Assembly (NCBI GenBank): GCA_022511295.1 | Contig: JAFLRT010000001.1 | Span: forward strand, 21,465-85,464 | Length of the DNA: 64,000 nucleotides | Reading direction: 5' to 3' | DNA from: Alistipes sp. | Lineage (GTDB): Bacteria; Bacteroidota; Bacteroidia; Bacteroidales; Rikenellaceae | In this document: in pieces, positions 40,581 to 49,659 of the stretch | Layout: the number at the start of each line of letters is the position of its first letter | Numbering within the stretch: position 1 is the stretch's first letter | Made by a program: the position numbers and the translations under genes | Notes under the pieces: model-generated | The model's database searches: none | Told to the model about the DNA's origin: nothing | What the model saw: the letters and a program-made list of their open reading frames with translations, nothing else

Positions 40581-40630
40581 CAAAGATAAGAAAAATATCG
40601 TCAATATCTGAAAAAAAAACATTACATTTG
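40581..40630. promoter_or_regulatory. Divergent -7 boxes for the pyr operon (TATCTTTG, minus, 40581-40588) and dnaX (TACATTTG, plus, 40623-40630)
   Basis: Two outward-facing TAnnTTTG matches. Confidence 0.65.
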
Positions 40631-40637
40631 CGCTGTT

Positions 40638-42560
40638 ATGGAAAACTTCATTGTCAGTGCAAGAAAATACCGCCCTGCGACCTTTGCTTCTGTTGTCGGG
40701 CAAAAGCACATAACATCCACGCTCAAGAATGCGATAGAGCGTGGACAGTTGGCTCACGCATACCTTTTTTGCGGTCCGCGAGGCGTGGGAAAGACCACCT
40801 GCGCACGTATTTTCGCCAAGTCTATCAACTGTCTCGACCCCAAGGGTGCCGAGGCGTGCAATGAGTGCGAATCGTGCCGCACTTTCAATGAGAACCGCTC
40901 GCTCAATATCCACGAGTTGGACGCTGCGTCGAACAACTCGGTAGACGATATACGCAACCTTATAGACCAGGTGAGGGTAATCCCCCAGGTAGGTCGCTAT
41001 TCGGTCTTTATCATCGACGAGGTGCATATGCTCTCGCAGCAGGCATTCAACGCCTTCCTCAAAACCCTCGAGGAGCCGCCCGCACACGCCATATTCATCC
41101 TCGCAACGACCGAGAAACACAAAATAATACCCACAATCCTCTCGCGCTGCCAGATATACGATTTTAACCGTATAAAGGTGGAAGATGCCGTAGACTATCT
41201 GAAATATATCGCCGGAGAGGAGGGCGTAACCTATGATGAGGAGTCGCTCAATCTCATTGCACGCAAGGCCGACGGAGGTATGCGCGACGCTCTGTCCATG
41301 TTCGACAAGGCCGTATCGTTCTGCGGTGCGGATTTGCGTTTCAAGGATGTGGCACAGACGCTTAACGTACTCGACTACGACACCTACTTCAGAATTACCG
41401 ATACGCTTCTTGCAGGCGACTATATCACTGCGCTGTTAGAGTTCGACCGTGTACTCTCGGACGGCTTCTCGGGGCAGATATTTATGGCTGGTCTGTGTCA
41501 GCACATGCGCGACCTGCTGCTTGCCCGAGGCTCGGCCGCCTCGCTTATAGAACTTACGGGTGCGCTGCTCGACCGCTATCGTGAGCAGGCTGCTAAATGC
41601 GACCCCGAGTTCCTCTTCGGTGCGATAAATATTCTCACCGAGGCGGACGGACGAATACGGCAGGCATCATCACAACGTCTGACGGTTGAACTGGGGCTGA
41701 TGAAAATCGCGGCTTTGGGTCAAAAAAAAAATGACTCCGCGCTGACAGAGGGGGCGTTAAGGATGCAGCCGGCAGAGCAGTATCCTCTCCCCGACCTAAA
41801 TCAAAAACCGACGCAAGTTAAAACACCGGCGCCGGCACAAGCACAAATATCGGCGCCAACACAAGCACCGCTATCCGCATCTGCATCCGCGCCTGTATCC
41901 GCGCCTGCTCCGGCGTCAAAACCGGTGGCTGAACCTGCGCCTGCGTCCGCACCTGCACCTGCACCTGCACCTGCGGCATCTTCAGTTCAAGTATCGACTG
42001 CATCTTCAGCGAAACAACCAACTGAACCTTCAGCGCAACCTTCAACTCAAGCCGCGAAGCCTGCATCCTATACAAAGCCCGCAGCCGAGCAGAAACCGTC
42101 GTCAAAGCCTCTTATGTCGGGTATGTCGCTCACCTCGCTGCTTAACGGTATCGGTACAGTAGAGGAGTCCGCTCCGGCTAATATTGTGCAGACCGTTATT
42201 GATGCCGACAGCGCAGCGAAACTCACCGCACATCGTCAGCAGATTCTGGACTATGTTACGGAGCAGCGTCCGCGTTTCGTTGTGGCTTTCGAAACGATGA
42301 GATTCGATGGCAATGCGATATGTATCAAGGTGCCGTCGTCATCTCTGCGTGAGGAGATAGAGCAGGCATCGGTCGAGATGCTTACGCATATCGTCTCTAT
42401 GGCAGGTATCGGCGGTCTTCTTGAACTGAAGATAGAGGTCGCTGCCGACGATAAACGTAAGGTAAGACCTATAAAACTTGAGGACAGAATACAATATATG
42501 GAACAGAAAAATCCGCATCTGGTTGAACTTCGCAAGAACCTCGAACTCGATGTGGACTAA
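40638..42560 (+). CDS. dnaX: DNA polymerase III subunit gamma/tau
   Basis: ARKYRP, GPRGVGKTT, CNECESC, DEVHML, SRC, GGMRDALS; Pro/Ala linker. Confidence 0.95.
   Translation: MENFIVSARKYRPATFASVVGQKHITSTLKNAIERGQLAHAYLFCGPRGVGKTTCARIFAKSINCLDPKGAEACNECESCRTFNENRSLNIHELDAASNNSVDDIRNLIDQVRVIPQVGRYSVFIIDEVHMLSQQAFNAFLKTLEEPPAHAIFILATTEKHKIIPTILSRCQIYDFNRIKVEDAVDYLKYIAGEEGVTYDEESLNLIARKADGGMRDALSMFDKAVSFCGADLRFKDVAQTLNVLDYDTYFRITDTLLAGDYITALLEFDRVLSDGFSGQIFMAGLCQHMRDLLLARGSAASLIELTGALLDRYREQAAKCDPEFLFGAINILTEADGRIRQASSQRLTVELGLMKIAALGQKKNDSALTEGALRMQPAEQYPLPDLNQKPTQVKTPAPAQAQISAPTQAPLSASASAPVSAPAPASKPVAEPAPASAPAPAPAPAASSVQVSTASSAKQPTEPSAQPSTQAAKPASYTKPAAEQKPSSKPLMSGMSLTSLLNGIGTVEESAPANIVQTVIDADSAAKLTAHRQQILDYVTEQRPRFVVAFETMRFDGNAICIKVPSSSLREEIEQASVEMLTHIVSMAGIGGLLELKIEVAADDKRKVRPIKLEDRIQYMEQKNPHLVELRKNLELDVD
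41722..41734 (+). other. A10 slippage/frameshift site followed by an out-of-frame TGA
   Basis: CAA AAA AAA AAT GAC; one extra A (or a -1 shift) reads CAA AAA AAA AAA TGA. Confidence 0.7.
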
Positions 42561-42581
42561 ATATCAAACATATATAAAACG

Positions 42582-43871
42582 ATGATTAAAGATTTTGTAA
42601 AGGAGTTGCAGTGGCGCGGGATGATTCATACGATAATGCCCGGCACCGAAGAGCAGTTGAATCGTGAAATGACGACAGCCTATTTGGGTATAGACCCTAC
42701 GGCTGATTCTCTGCATATAGGCCATCTGGTGGGTGTGATGATACTCAAGCACCTGCAAATGTGCGGACACCGCCCCATAGCGCTTATCGGCGGTGCAACA
42801 GGCATGATTGGCGACCCGAGCGGCAAGTCGCAGGAACGCAATCTGCTGGATGAGAAGACGCTGCGCCATAACCAGGAGGCAATCAAACGTCAGTTGTCGA
42901 AACTCATCGACTTCGACTCCGACGCACCCAATGCCGCCATACTGGTCAATAACTATGACTGGGTAAAGAACTATTCGTTCCTGGATTTCGCCCGCGAGAT
43001 AGGTAAGTGCATCACCGTCAATTATATGATGGCCAAGGATTCGGTAAAAAAACGCTTCAACGGCGAGGGCGACGGTATGTCTTTCACCGAGTTCACATAT
43101 CAGTTGTTGCAGGGCAACGACTTCCTGCATCTTTTCCAAGAGTACGACTGCAAAATGCAACTCGGCGGCTCTGACCAGTGGGGCAATATCACCACAGGAA
43201 CGGAACTTATACGCCGCAAACTCGATAAAGAGGCATACGCCATCACATGCCCCCTTATTACCAAGGCTGACGGTACAAAGTTCGGCAAAACAGAGAGCGG
43301 TAACGTATGGTTGGATGCACGTTACACATCTCCATACAAGTTCTACCAGTTCTGGCTTAACGTAAGCGACGAGGATGCCGAGCGTTATATCAAAATCTTC
43401 ACACTTCTGGACCGCGAAACAATCGAAACCCTTACGGCGGAACATAAGTCTGCACCTCATCTGCGCCTGTTGCAAAAAACACTGGCAAAGGAACTTACCA
43501 CGATGATACACTCCCGGCAGGAGTACGAAAAGGCTGTCGAGGCCTCGCAGATACTCTTCGGCGGTGCAACATCCGAGGCTCTGCACCGTCTCGATGAGCA
43601 GACGCTGCTGCAGGTCTTCGAGGGTGTACCTCAGTTCTCGATAGCAGGCAGCGACTTGGGATGTGCATTTGTAGACCTCTGTGCCGAGAAGACGCAGATA
43701 TTTCCATCCAAAGGCGAGTGCCGCAAGATGGTTCAGGGCGGCGGCGTGTCGCTCAACAAGGAGAAGGTCGCAGACCCCATGCGCAGTGTTACGGAGCAGG
43801 ACCTCATCGCCGGCAAGTACCTTATAGTGCAGAAGGGTAAGAAGAATTACTATCTTGTAACGGTTCGGTAG
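42582..43871 (+). CDS. tyrS: Tyrosine--tRNA ligase
   Basis: [35 protein letters not shown]4 domain. Confidence 0.97.
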   Translation: MIKDFVKELQWRGMIHTIMPGTEEQLNREMTTAYLGIDPTADSLHIGHLVGVMILKHLQMCGHRPIALIGGATGMIGDPSGKSQERNLLDEKTLRHNQEAIKRQLSKLIDFDSDAPNAAILVNNYDWVKNYSFLDFAREIGKCITVNYMMAKDSVKKRFNGEGDGMSFTEFTYQLLQGNDFLHLFQEYDCKMQLGGSDQWGNITTGTELIRRKLDKEAYAITCPLITKADGTKFGKTESGNVWLDARYTSPYKFYQFWLNVSDEDAERYIKIFTLLDRETIETLTAEHKSAPHLRLLQKTLAKELTTMIHSRQEYEKAVEASQILFGGATSEALHRLDEQTLLQVFEGVPQFSIAGSDLGCAFVDLCAEKTQIFPSKGECRKMVQGGGVSLNKEKVADPMRSVTEQDLIAGKYLIVQKGKKNYYLVTVR

Positions 43872-43874
43872 GCG

Positions 43875-44228
43875 ATGCTTTATGAGATAACCCTCTCCCG
43901 AATGGAGTTCTATGCCGCTCACGGCTGTTATGAGTTGGAGCGCACGGTGGGCGGTCGTTTTGAGGTTGATTTGTCGCTCAAGGTCGAGTTAGGCTCTGTC
44001 GCCGACAAGGATGATGTATCGTTGGCGGTAAACTACCTCGAGGTGTACCGATGTGTGGCAAGGCAGATGAGTATCGGGCAGCGCACCATAGAGCGTGTCG
44101 CGACAAATATCATCGCGGCGGTCAAGAGTGAGTTCCCGTCTGTGTGCTGTGTAAGATGCACGGTGGCGAAGCTGGCTCCGCCGCTCGGCGGTAAGGTCGG
44201 GCGCGTAAGCGTAACGATAGAGGGGTAG
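43875..44228 (+). CDS. folB: Dihydroneopterin aldolase
   Basis: FYAAHGCYELE, VNY, IERVA, KLAPP. Confidence 0.88.
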   Translation: MLYEITLSRMEFYAAHGCYELERTVGGRFEVDLSLKVELGSVADKDDVSLAVNYLEVYRCVARQMSIGQRTIERVATNIIAAVKSEFPSVCCVRCTVAKLAPPLGGKVGRVSVTIEG

Positions 44229-44251
44229 CAGGTTGATAATATCGGGGTCGG

Positions 44252-44291
44252 TATCAATATCAATATTAATATTAATATTAATATTAATATC
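44252..44291. repeat. 6-bp tandem repeat (TATCAA)2(TATTAA)4
   Basis: Directly visible; the AATATT unit is self-complementary. Confidence 0.9.
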
Positions 44292-44315
44292 ATTCCTGAA
44301 AATCATTAACACTAA

Positions 44316-44354
44316 AAAATAGGGAGAGAAGACTTCTGCTTCTCTCCCTATTTT
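44316..44354. terminator. Bidirectional intrinsic terminator
   Basis: Perfect 16-bp stem AAAATAGGGAGAGAAG/CTTCTCTCCCTATTTT between convergent operons. Confidence 0.88.
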
Positions 44355-44394
44355 CTATCTAACTTGCGATATGCGCGCCAACTTCCACCCATGT

Positions 44395-44412
44395 GGGGCG
44401 GCGCAGCACCTC
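44395..44412. repeat. Dispersed repeat copy 6
   Basis: GGGGCGGCGCAGCACCTC is the exact reverse complement of 3125-3142. Confidence 0.8.
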
Positions 44413-44425
44413 TTGTATCGTAGCA

Positions 44426-44884
44426 CTACAGCGCCCTGCGACCCGCAGATGCGGCACGTGAAGGCTCACCGACAATCAGATTCTCCGGAACCCTCTCTCG
44501 TGCGTATACGCTCTGGATATGCGAGTCTGAGCGCGAGGTGAGCGTGAGAACTTGACCGCCGTTGCTGAGCGCGTAGTCATAGGTGTCGTTCCACAGCACA
44601 TCATCGCTGTATTTGCCGCTCAAGACACCTCCCTGCGCATTGTACAGTCCTTTGTAGAGTTCGTAGTAGGGCGTCGAGAACTGCTGGTATATCTCGAAAC
44701 GACCGTTGCTGCCAAGTTTCATATATATATCGAAATCCCTGACAGCCTCACCATTCCAGGTTATAAGGTGCCACTCACCTACGACATCATCTTTGGCATT
44801 GCCCCATTCCGAACTTTCATTTTCGCAGCCGGCAATCGTCATAAGGCAGAGTGCCGACATAAGAATAACAATATATTTCTTCAT
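44426..44884 (-). CDS. Lipocalin-like lipoprotein
   Basis: Lipobox IAGC; VVGEWHL (GxW), LSGKYSD, LTLTS beta-barrel pattern. Confidence 0.75.
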   Translation of the reverse strand: MKKYIVILMSALCLMTIAGCENESSEWGNAKDDVVGEWHLITWNGEAVRDFDIYMKLGSNGRFEIYQQFSTPYYELYKGLYNAQGGVLSGKYSDDVLWNDTYDYALSNGGQVLTLTSRSDSHIQSVYARERVPENLIVGEPSRAASAGRRAL

Positions 44885-44898
44885 ATCGTATCGCTTTT

Positions 44899-46959
44899 TT
44901 ACATCCATCTTTTGCTGTCGGTGTCGCGTACTATAATTGCAACCTCGCGTACAACCGGTATGCCTCCAATCCAGTCGTCGGTACCACGACGGTCGCCGCC
45001 TGCTATGGCGCGAATCTTAATCTTGGCGCAACCCATATTATTGCACTTAATCTGCAATTTGCCATTCACGATACGCGGTTTCTCCTCTACGCCGAGTCTT
45101 TGCATATCCTCGGCCGACATCTCGGCACCGTAACGCTCCAGGTCGTTTTCACTCGACTCAAAACCCGGCTCCACATAGGTCAGGTTGTCGGCATTGCCAC
45201 CGAAGACCTGCGTGAGCGAGATTTGTTGCTGCTTACCTTTGGCTGCCGTGAGACATGCCGTACCCTCAATCTGCATAAGCAGACGGTAGGCATCCACAGC
45301 ACCAGAACCCATCTCGCCGCGATAGGTGCTTTCGAGGTCTACGACTTTGCCGTTCATAACCTTGCTGCCGGTGATATAACTGTCAATATCGTTTACCGAC
45401 GTGAGGAGCAGATTGGTGAACTCTTCGCGTGTGAAGTGCTTGCCGGTTTTAAGTGCGTAGGCAAGACCCAGGGCTGCCACACCCGACACATGCGGGCAGG
45501 CCATAGATGTACCCTGAATATATCCGTAGTCGGCACCGTTGCCGTCTTCTGCATCGGAGCATATTGTCGAAAGTACGCCTCCACGATTGTCCGTCGAACT
45601 GAAAATCTCACCGCCCGGGGCTGCGATATTGCATCCGAGGTGGTAGTTGGTATAGTATGCAGGCAGGAAATCAGCACCGAACGATGTTACCGAAATCACG
45701 CTGCGGTATGCGGCAGGATACGAGGCCATAGGTTTGCCTTCGTTGCCTGAGGCATAGATTACAATACCGCCGTCTACAGCGTCGCAGTTGCTCTTGTTTT
45801 GGAAGTAGGATAGTGCCTCTACCACAAGCGGCTCGAGCATTCTGAACTGTGCATCGGTAGCATACATGGCCGTAACACCATAGGAACACTGAAGCACTGA
45901 GGCGCCCATATCGGCTGCATACTTTATTGCCAGCGCGGTCTGATAGTCTCCGGCACTGCTCTCGCCGTCGAATATCTGACACGACATAAGACGTGCGCCG
46001 TCGTTGTGTCCCGTACCGCCTGCGATACCTGCAACACCCAACCCGTTGTTGTTTACTGCTGCAACGGTACCTGCCACGTGCGTACCATGACTCTCGTCGA
46101 GGTTCCAGGTAATCTGCGCCGAGTCGGTGCAGAAGTTGTAGCCGTAGATATCGTCCACATAGCCATTGCCGTCGTCATCGACACCGGGCAGACCGTTTGC
46201 CTCGGCCAGGTTTATCCACATATTTGCCGCGAGGTCGGGGTGGGTATACTTCACACCGCCGTCCACAATAGCCACAATCACACGCGGGTCGCCTGCCGTA
46301 AGTTTCCATGCCTCGGCGACATTGATATCGGCACCCACCTTTGCGGACTCATGTATGGCAATATCTCCGTTATTGATGTAATGCCATTGCCACTTGAGTT
46401 GCGGGTCGTTGAACGGTGCCGTAACGAAGGCTCTGGTCGAGGAGGTCATCTCATCCTCAGTGAGAGGATATACTTTGCTGTTGTAAGCCTTGCATACAAG
46501 CGTATTGTACTGTATAGTCTTCACCTGTGCAACATCGGCAAGCATCTTTGCTGCCGCATCCAAATCAGCCTCGGGGCTGAAGTTGAGAACATACCAGCGG
46601 TGCAGACCTGCTTCGCGTGTACGCTCCTCGTCGTTGCCGACGGGGAATACGCGCTTGAATGATGTTACACCAATACGCTCGAGAATGCAGTCCACGCTCT
46701 CAAGACCGGAACGTGTTGTCTCCGAACGTGTCTGAGCCGCATGGCGGGCATGCTCTTCAAGCACAGGTATTGCGCTCTCGTCGAATTTAACTATAAGTAT
46801 ACCCTTCTGAGCGCAGTCCGAGTTGCCGGCAATCTTGCTCGATACTATTGTCGCCGCAGGTGTCGTCTCTTCAGCGAGGTCTGAGGTACAGGAGGGTAAG
46901 GCGAGAACTGTACCTATTGCCAGCGCCGCCGTGATAAATATTTTTCTGTCAAAAAACAT
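44899..46959 (-). CDS. S8 (subtilisin-like) serine peptidase, lipoprotein
   Basis: Lipobox LPSC; triad VAIVDGG / HGTHVAG / GTSMACPHVSG; oxyanion ASGNE. Confidence 0.93.
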   Translation of the reverse strand: MFFDRKIFITAALAIGTVLALPSCTSDLAEETTPAATIVSSKIAGNSDCAQKGILIVKFDESAIPVLEEHARHAAQTRSETTRSGLESVDCILERIGVTSFKRVFPVGNDEERTREAGLHRWYVLNFSPEADLDAAAKMLADVAQVKTIQYNTLVCKAYNSKVYPLTEDEMTSSTRAFVTAPFNDPQLKWQWHYINNGDIAIHESAKVGADINVAEAWKLTAGDPRVIVAIVDGGVKYTHPDLAANMWINLAEANGLPGVDDDGNGYVDDIYGYNFCTDSAQITWNLDESHGTHVAGTVAAVNNNGLGVAGIAGGTGHNDGARLMSCQIFDGESSAGDYQTALAIKYAADMGASVLQCSYGVTAMYATDAQFRMLEPLVVEALSYFQNKSNCDAVDGGIVIYASGNEGKPMASYPAAYRSVISVTSFGADFLPAYYTNYHLGCNIAAPGGEIFSSTDNRGGVLSTICSDAEDGNGADYGYIQGTSMACPHVSGVAALGLAYALKTGKHFTREEFTNLLLTSVNDIDSYITGSKVMNGKVVDLESTYRGEMGSGAVDAYRLLMQIEGTACLTAAKGKQQQISLTQVFGGNADNLTYVEPGFESSENDLERYGAEMSAEDMQRLGVEEKPRIVNGKLQIKCNNMGCAKIKIRAIAGGDRRGTDDWIGGIPVVREVAIIVRDTDSKRWM

Positions 46960-46987
46960 ATCTCGTTTACGTTTTATTCGTCAGTAA

Positions 46988-49621
46988 TCAGTTCAGTCGT
47001 GCATTTATCTTGCGGGTTTTGGCAAGACCAAGTTGCATAGCCGGCATCTCGCCGTTGGAGCCGTTTTTCTCCACGACAGATGCATTGGAGTCCGTAACAG
47101 CCTTCTTCACCTTTGCAGGTTCGGCAGGTATCTGGGGATAGATTATCCTGTTGCGCGTCATCGGGTTGAGCATATGCATAATATTCTTCGTGTAGGGAGT
47201 AATATCGTTGTCATATGTGGCGGGAGCGTGGTTCGCTGGTGCAGACCAGGGCAGCGCTCCACCCTTTACATCCTCGCTCTCGTATACCATGCTGAGAATA
47301 TCGTTCAGCATAGGAGGATTCTTCGGCAGACCGATATCTTTTGTCTTGTCCACTAATATGAGGTTCATGTAGAGGGCATAGGTTGTACCCTGACCTACGA
47401 ATCCCAGGAAGCGGTAAGTCATATTCATATCGGCGAATCCGCAGCAAGGCGTTATAGCCAGACAGCCGTCGGCAACCTCACCGGCAGTCATACCGTAGAG
47501 GATATAGCCGCCGTTGCCGACATAACCCGATAGTGTCTCCTCGGCATAGAATATGAGATATATATCCTGCTCATACTGCTTGCCGTTATTCTGGGAACCG
47601 AGGTCGATGCTGGCGATTGAGAAGATACCGTAGCGCGGTGAACTGTACATACTGTATAAGTCATATCCGCCGGGAATCATAACATCTTTCGCAGGTATGA
47701 GCGTGCGTCTGTGGTGTTCATCTTCGCCCTTGCCGTCATCAATCATGATGCTGCTCATAAGACCGCGTATGTTAATCATATCGTCTGTATACGGGTCATC
47801 CTCATCATAGACAGTTACTTCACCGAGGAATATCATCTCGTTGCTCTGATTAAGCAGGTCGAAACCGTAGAGATTGTAAGTAGTATTAACCACTGTCTGT
47901 TTGTAACTCGGCACATCGACATTACGGAAGTCGTTGAATGACCAACCGTCCAAAATAGGATTGTATTTTCCTTCGGTCTTGACGGTCTCCTTGAATATAT
48001 TGGCGTTGTAGCCGTTGTCTACCTCAAGGTAGAGCGTGTACTCGCAGTTACCGTTCAGATTGGTAAACAGATGGCTGAAACCATCGCTGTTTACCTGCTC
48101 TAACTCCTGTGCAGTCATCTCGTAACCGAACTCTTCGATAATCTCCTTGTCGCTCATATCCTTGTCTGTGCGGTCGTTTCGACGCAGAGCGTAACGTATC
48201 GCGTAGACATCCTCGCCATAGAGATAAAATTTCATTGAGTTGGTCTTGTCGAAGCCCTGTGCAATCTTCTCGTTGGTAAGTTCCAGACCGAATGTTATGG
48301 CTACAGGCTGCTCATCACCGTCGGCTACATACCCGAACGGGAGGTACCGGAAGTCCTGCATCTGACCCCTGGCATCATACGAGCAGCAGATAAGGGTATA
48401 GATACCGGTCTCTTTGGGTGTTATGCTGAGTCTGTTCTGCGAGGGCTGAAGTGTGCCGTCATATTTCAGTTCGCCCGTATCGAAACTCTGTGCCGTGAGG
48501 CTTGCCTGACCCTCATCGCTTATACGGCCCTCCACAACGCCGTACTTGAGTACGGCCACATCGCTGTTCTCGGGGTAGGTTATATCCACACTCAAAGCCG
48601 CGCTGTTGTCTTCCTCATTGCGTGCTATCTCGAATGAGTAGTCGTAGATTCGTGAGCCGGGCAGACGCAGACGGAACATACCGGCACCGTTGAGACCGCG
48701 CCACTCGTTGTCGCTGTCCACTCCCGTCAGTCGTCCCAGCAAACCGTGTACGGGGAAGGTTATAATACCCTCCTCGAGCGTACCATACTGACTGTCGGAT
48801 GCATCCATCGAGAATATTTTGTCCACATTCGAGGCGATGACAAGTGTTCCGTGATCTGCTGCAAGCGATATTTTGGTATCCTGAAGCGGTATCCACACCT
48901 TTTCGGGGTCGCTCGCATCTATAATAGTGGTAGTGTTCTCATCCGTGCTGTTGGGCGCACCCTCGAACAGGGCCATGATATAGGCCTTGTTGAAGACCTT
49001 CATACGGTAGATGCCCGGTTGGTCATCGCGCTCATAGATATCGACCTCCACCTCGGCATAGGCGTTGGGTACATTGACGTATACCGACGAGAAGAAGTCA
49101 TCTCTCCAGTAACCTTTGCCCAGATACTTCCAACTTGCACGCAGAACAGTGAAGGTGAATGCCGTATCCTTGCCTGCGTAGGTCGATACGTATGCTGGGT
49201 CGTCAATAGTAATCGTAACCTTGTACTCTATGCCCAGTTCGGCACGAGGGAACTCAACCTTGAACTCCGTCTCGCGCTGACCGTTATCGAAGTGTATGGG
49301 CGATATTGAAAATATACGCTGATTCTCTATTGCCACCCACTCGGTCTTCTTCGACACCTCGTCTGCTACGCTCTTCCAAACCTCAACGCGTATGGGAACG
49401 TCGATAGCCTCATCGGTGCGTGTACGCTGTATGCGATAGACGGCATTGGTGTTGCTTTCGGGTTCAAGTTCGAGCGTAGTTGTAGTGGACTGCGTCGGGA
49501 AGTATACTCCGAATGTGTTCTCATCATCGGGAGCGCCGGGTGTATAGTCATCGTAGACCTTAGTGCAACCGAAGCCGGCAATCATTGCAGCCGCCAGTAA
49601 CAGATATTTGATTTTTTTCAT
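46988..49621 (-). CDS. Large surface lipoprotein (SusE-position)
   Basis: Lipobox GFGC followed by acidic residues; beta-rich; directly after susD. Confidence 0.8.
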   Translation of the reverse strand: MKKIKYLLLAAAMIAGFGCTKVYDDYTPGAPDDENTFGVYFPTQSTTTTLELEPESNTNAVYRIQRTRTDEAIDVPIRVEVWKSVADEVSKKTEWVAIENQRIFSISPIHFDNGQRETEFKVEFPRAELGIEYKVTITIDDPAYVSTYAGKDTAFTFTVLRASWKYLGKGYWRDDFFSSVYVNVPNAYAEVEVDIYERDDQPGIYRMKVFNKAYIMALFEGAPNSTDENTTTIIDASDPEKVWIPLQDTKISLAADHGTLVIASNVDKIFSMDASDSQYGTLEEGIITFPVHGLLGRLTGVDSDNEWRGLNGAGMFRLRLPGSRIYDYSFEIARNEEDNSAALSVDITYPENSDVAVLKYGVVEGRISDEGQASLTAQSFDTGELKYDGTLQPSQNRLSITPKETGIYTLICCSYDARGQMQDFRYLPFGYVADGDEQPVAITFGLELTNEKIAQGFDKTNSMKFYLYGEDVYAIRYALRRNDRTDKDMSDKEIIEEFGYEMTAQELEQVNSDGFSHLFTNLNGNCEYTLYLEVDNGYNANIFKETVKTEGKYNPILDGWSFNDFRNVDVPSYKQTVVNTTYNLYGFDLLNQSNEMIFLGEVTVYDEDDPYTDDMINIRGLMSSIMIDDGKGEDEHHRRTLIPAKDVMIPGGYDLYSMYSSPRYGIFSIASIDLGSQNNGKQYEQDIYLIFYAEETLSGYVGNGGYILYGMTAGEVADGCLAITPCCGFADMNMTYRFLGFVGQGTTYALYMNLILVDKTKDIGLPKNPPMLNDILSMVYESEDVKGGALPWSAPANHAPATYDNDITPYTKNIMHMLNPMTRNRIIYPQIPAEPAKVKKAVTDSNASVVEKNGSNGEMPAMQLGLAKTRKINARLN

Positions 49622-49659
49622 AGTTATCCTCATTTTATAAAATCCCTATATACACTTCA

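Noticed and set aside
41820-42110. GCACCT repeats in dnaX as copies of the GCACCTC module
   Set aside because: They encode the Ala-Pro linker and lack the palindromic partner
42564-43922. 452-aa antisense ORF
   Set aside because: Shadow of tyrS
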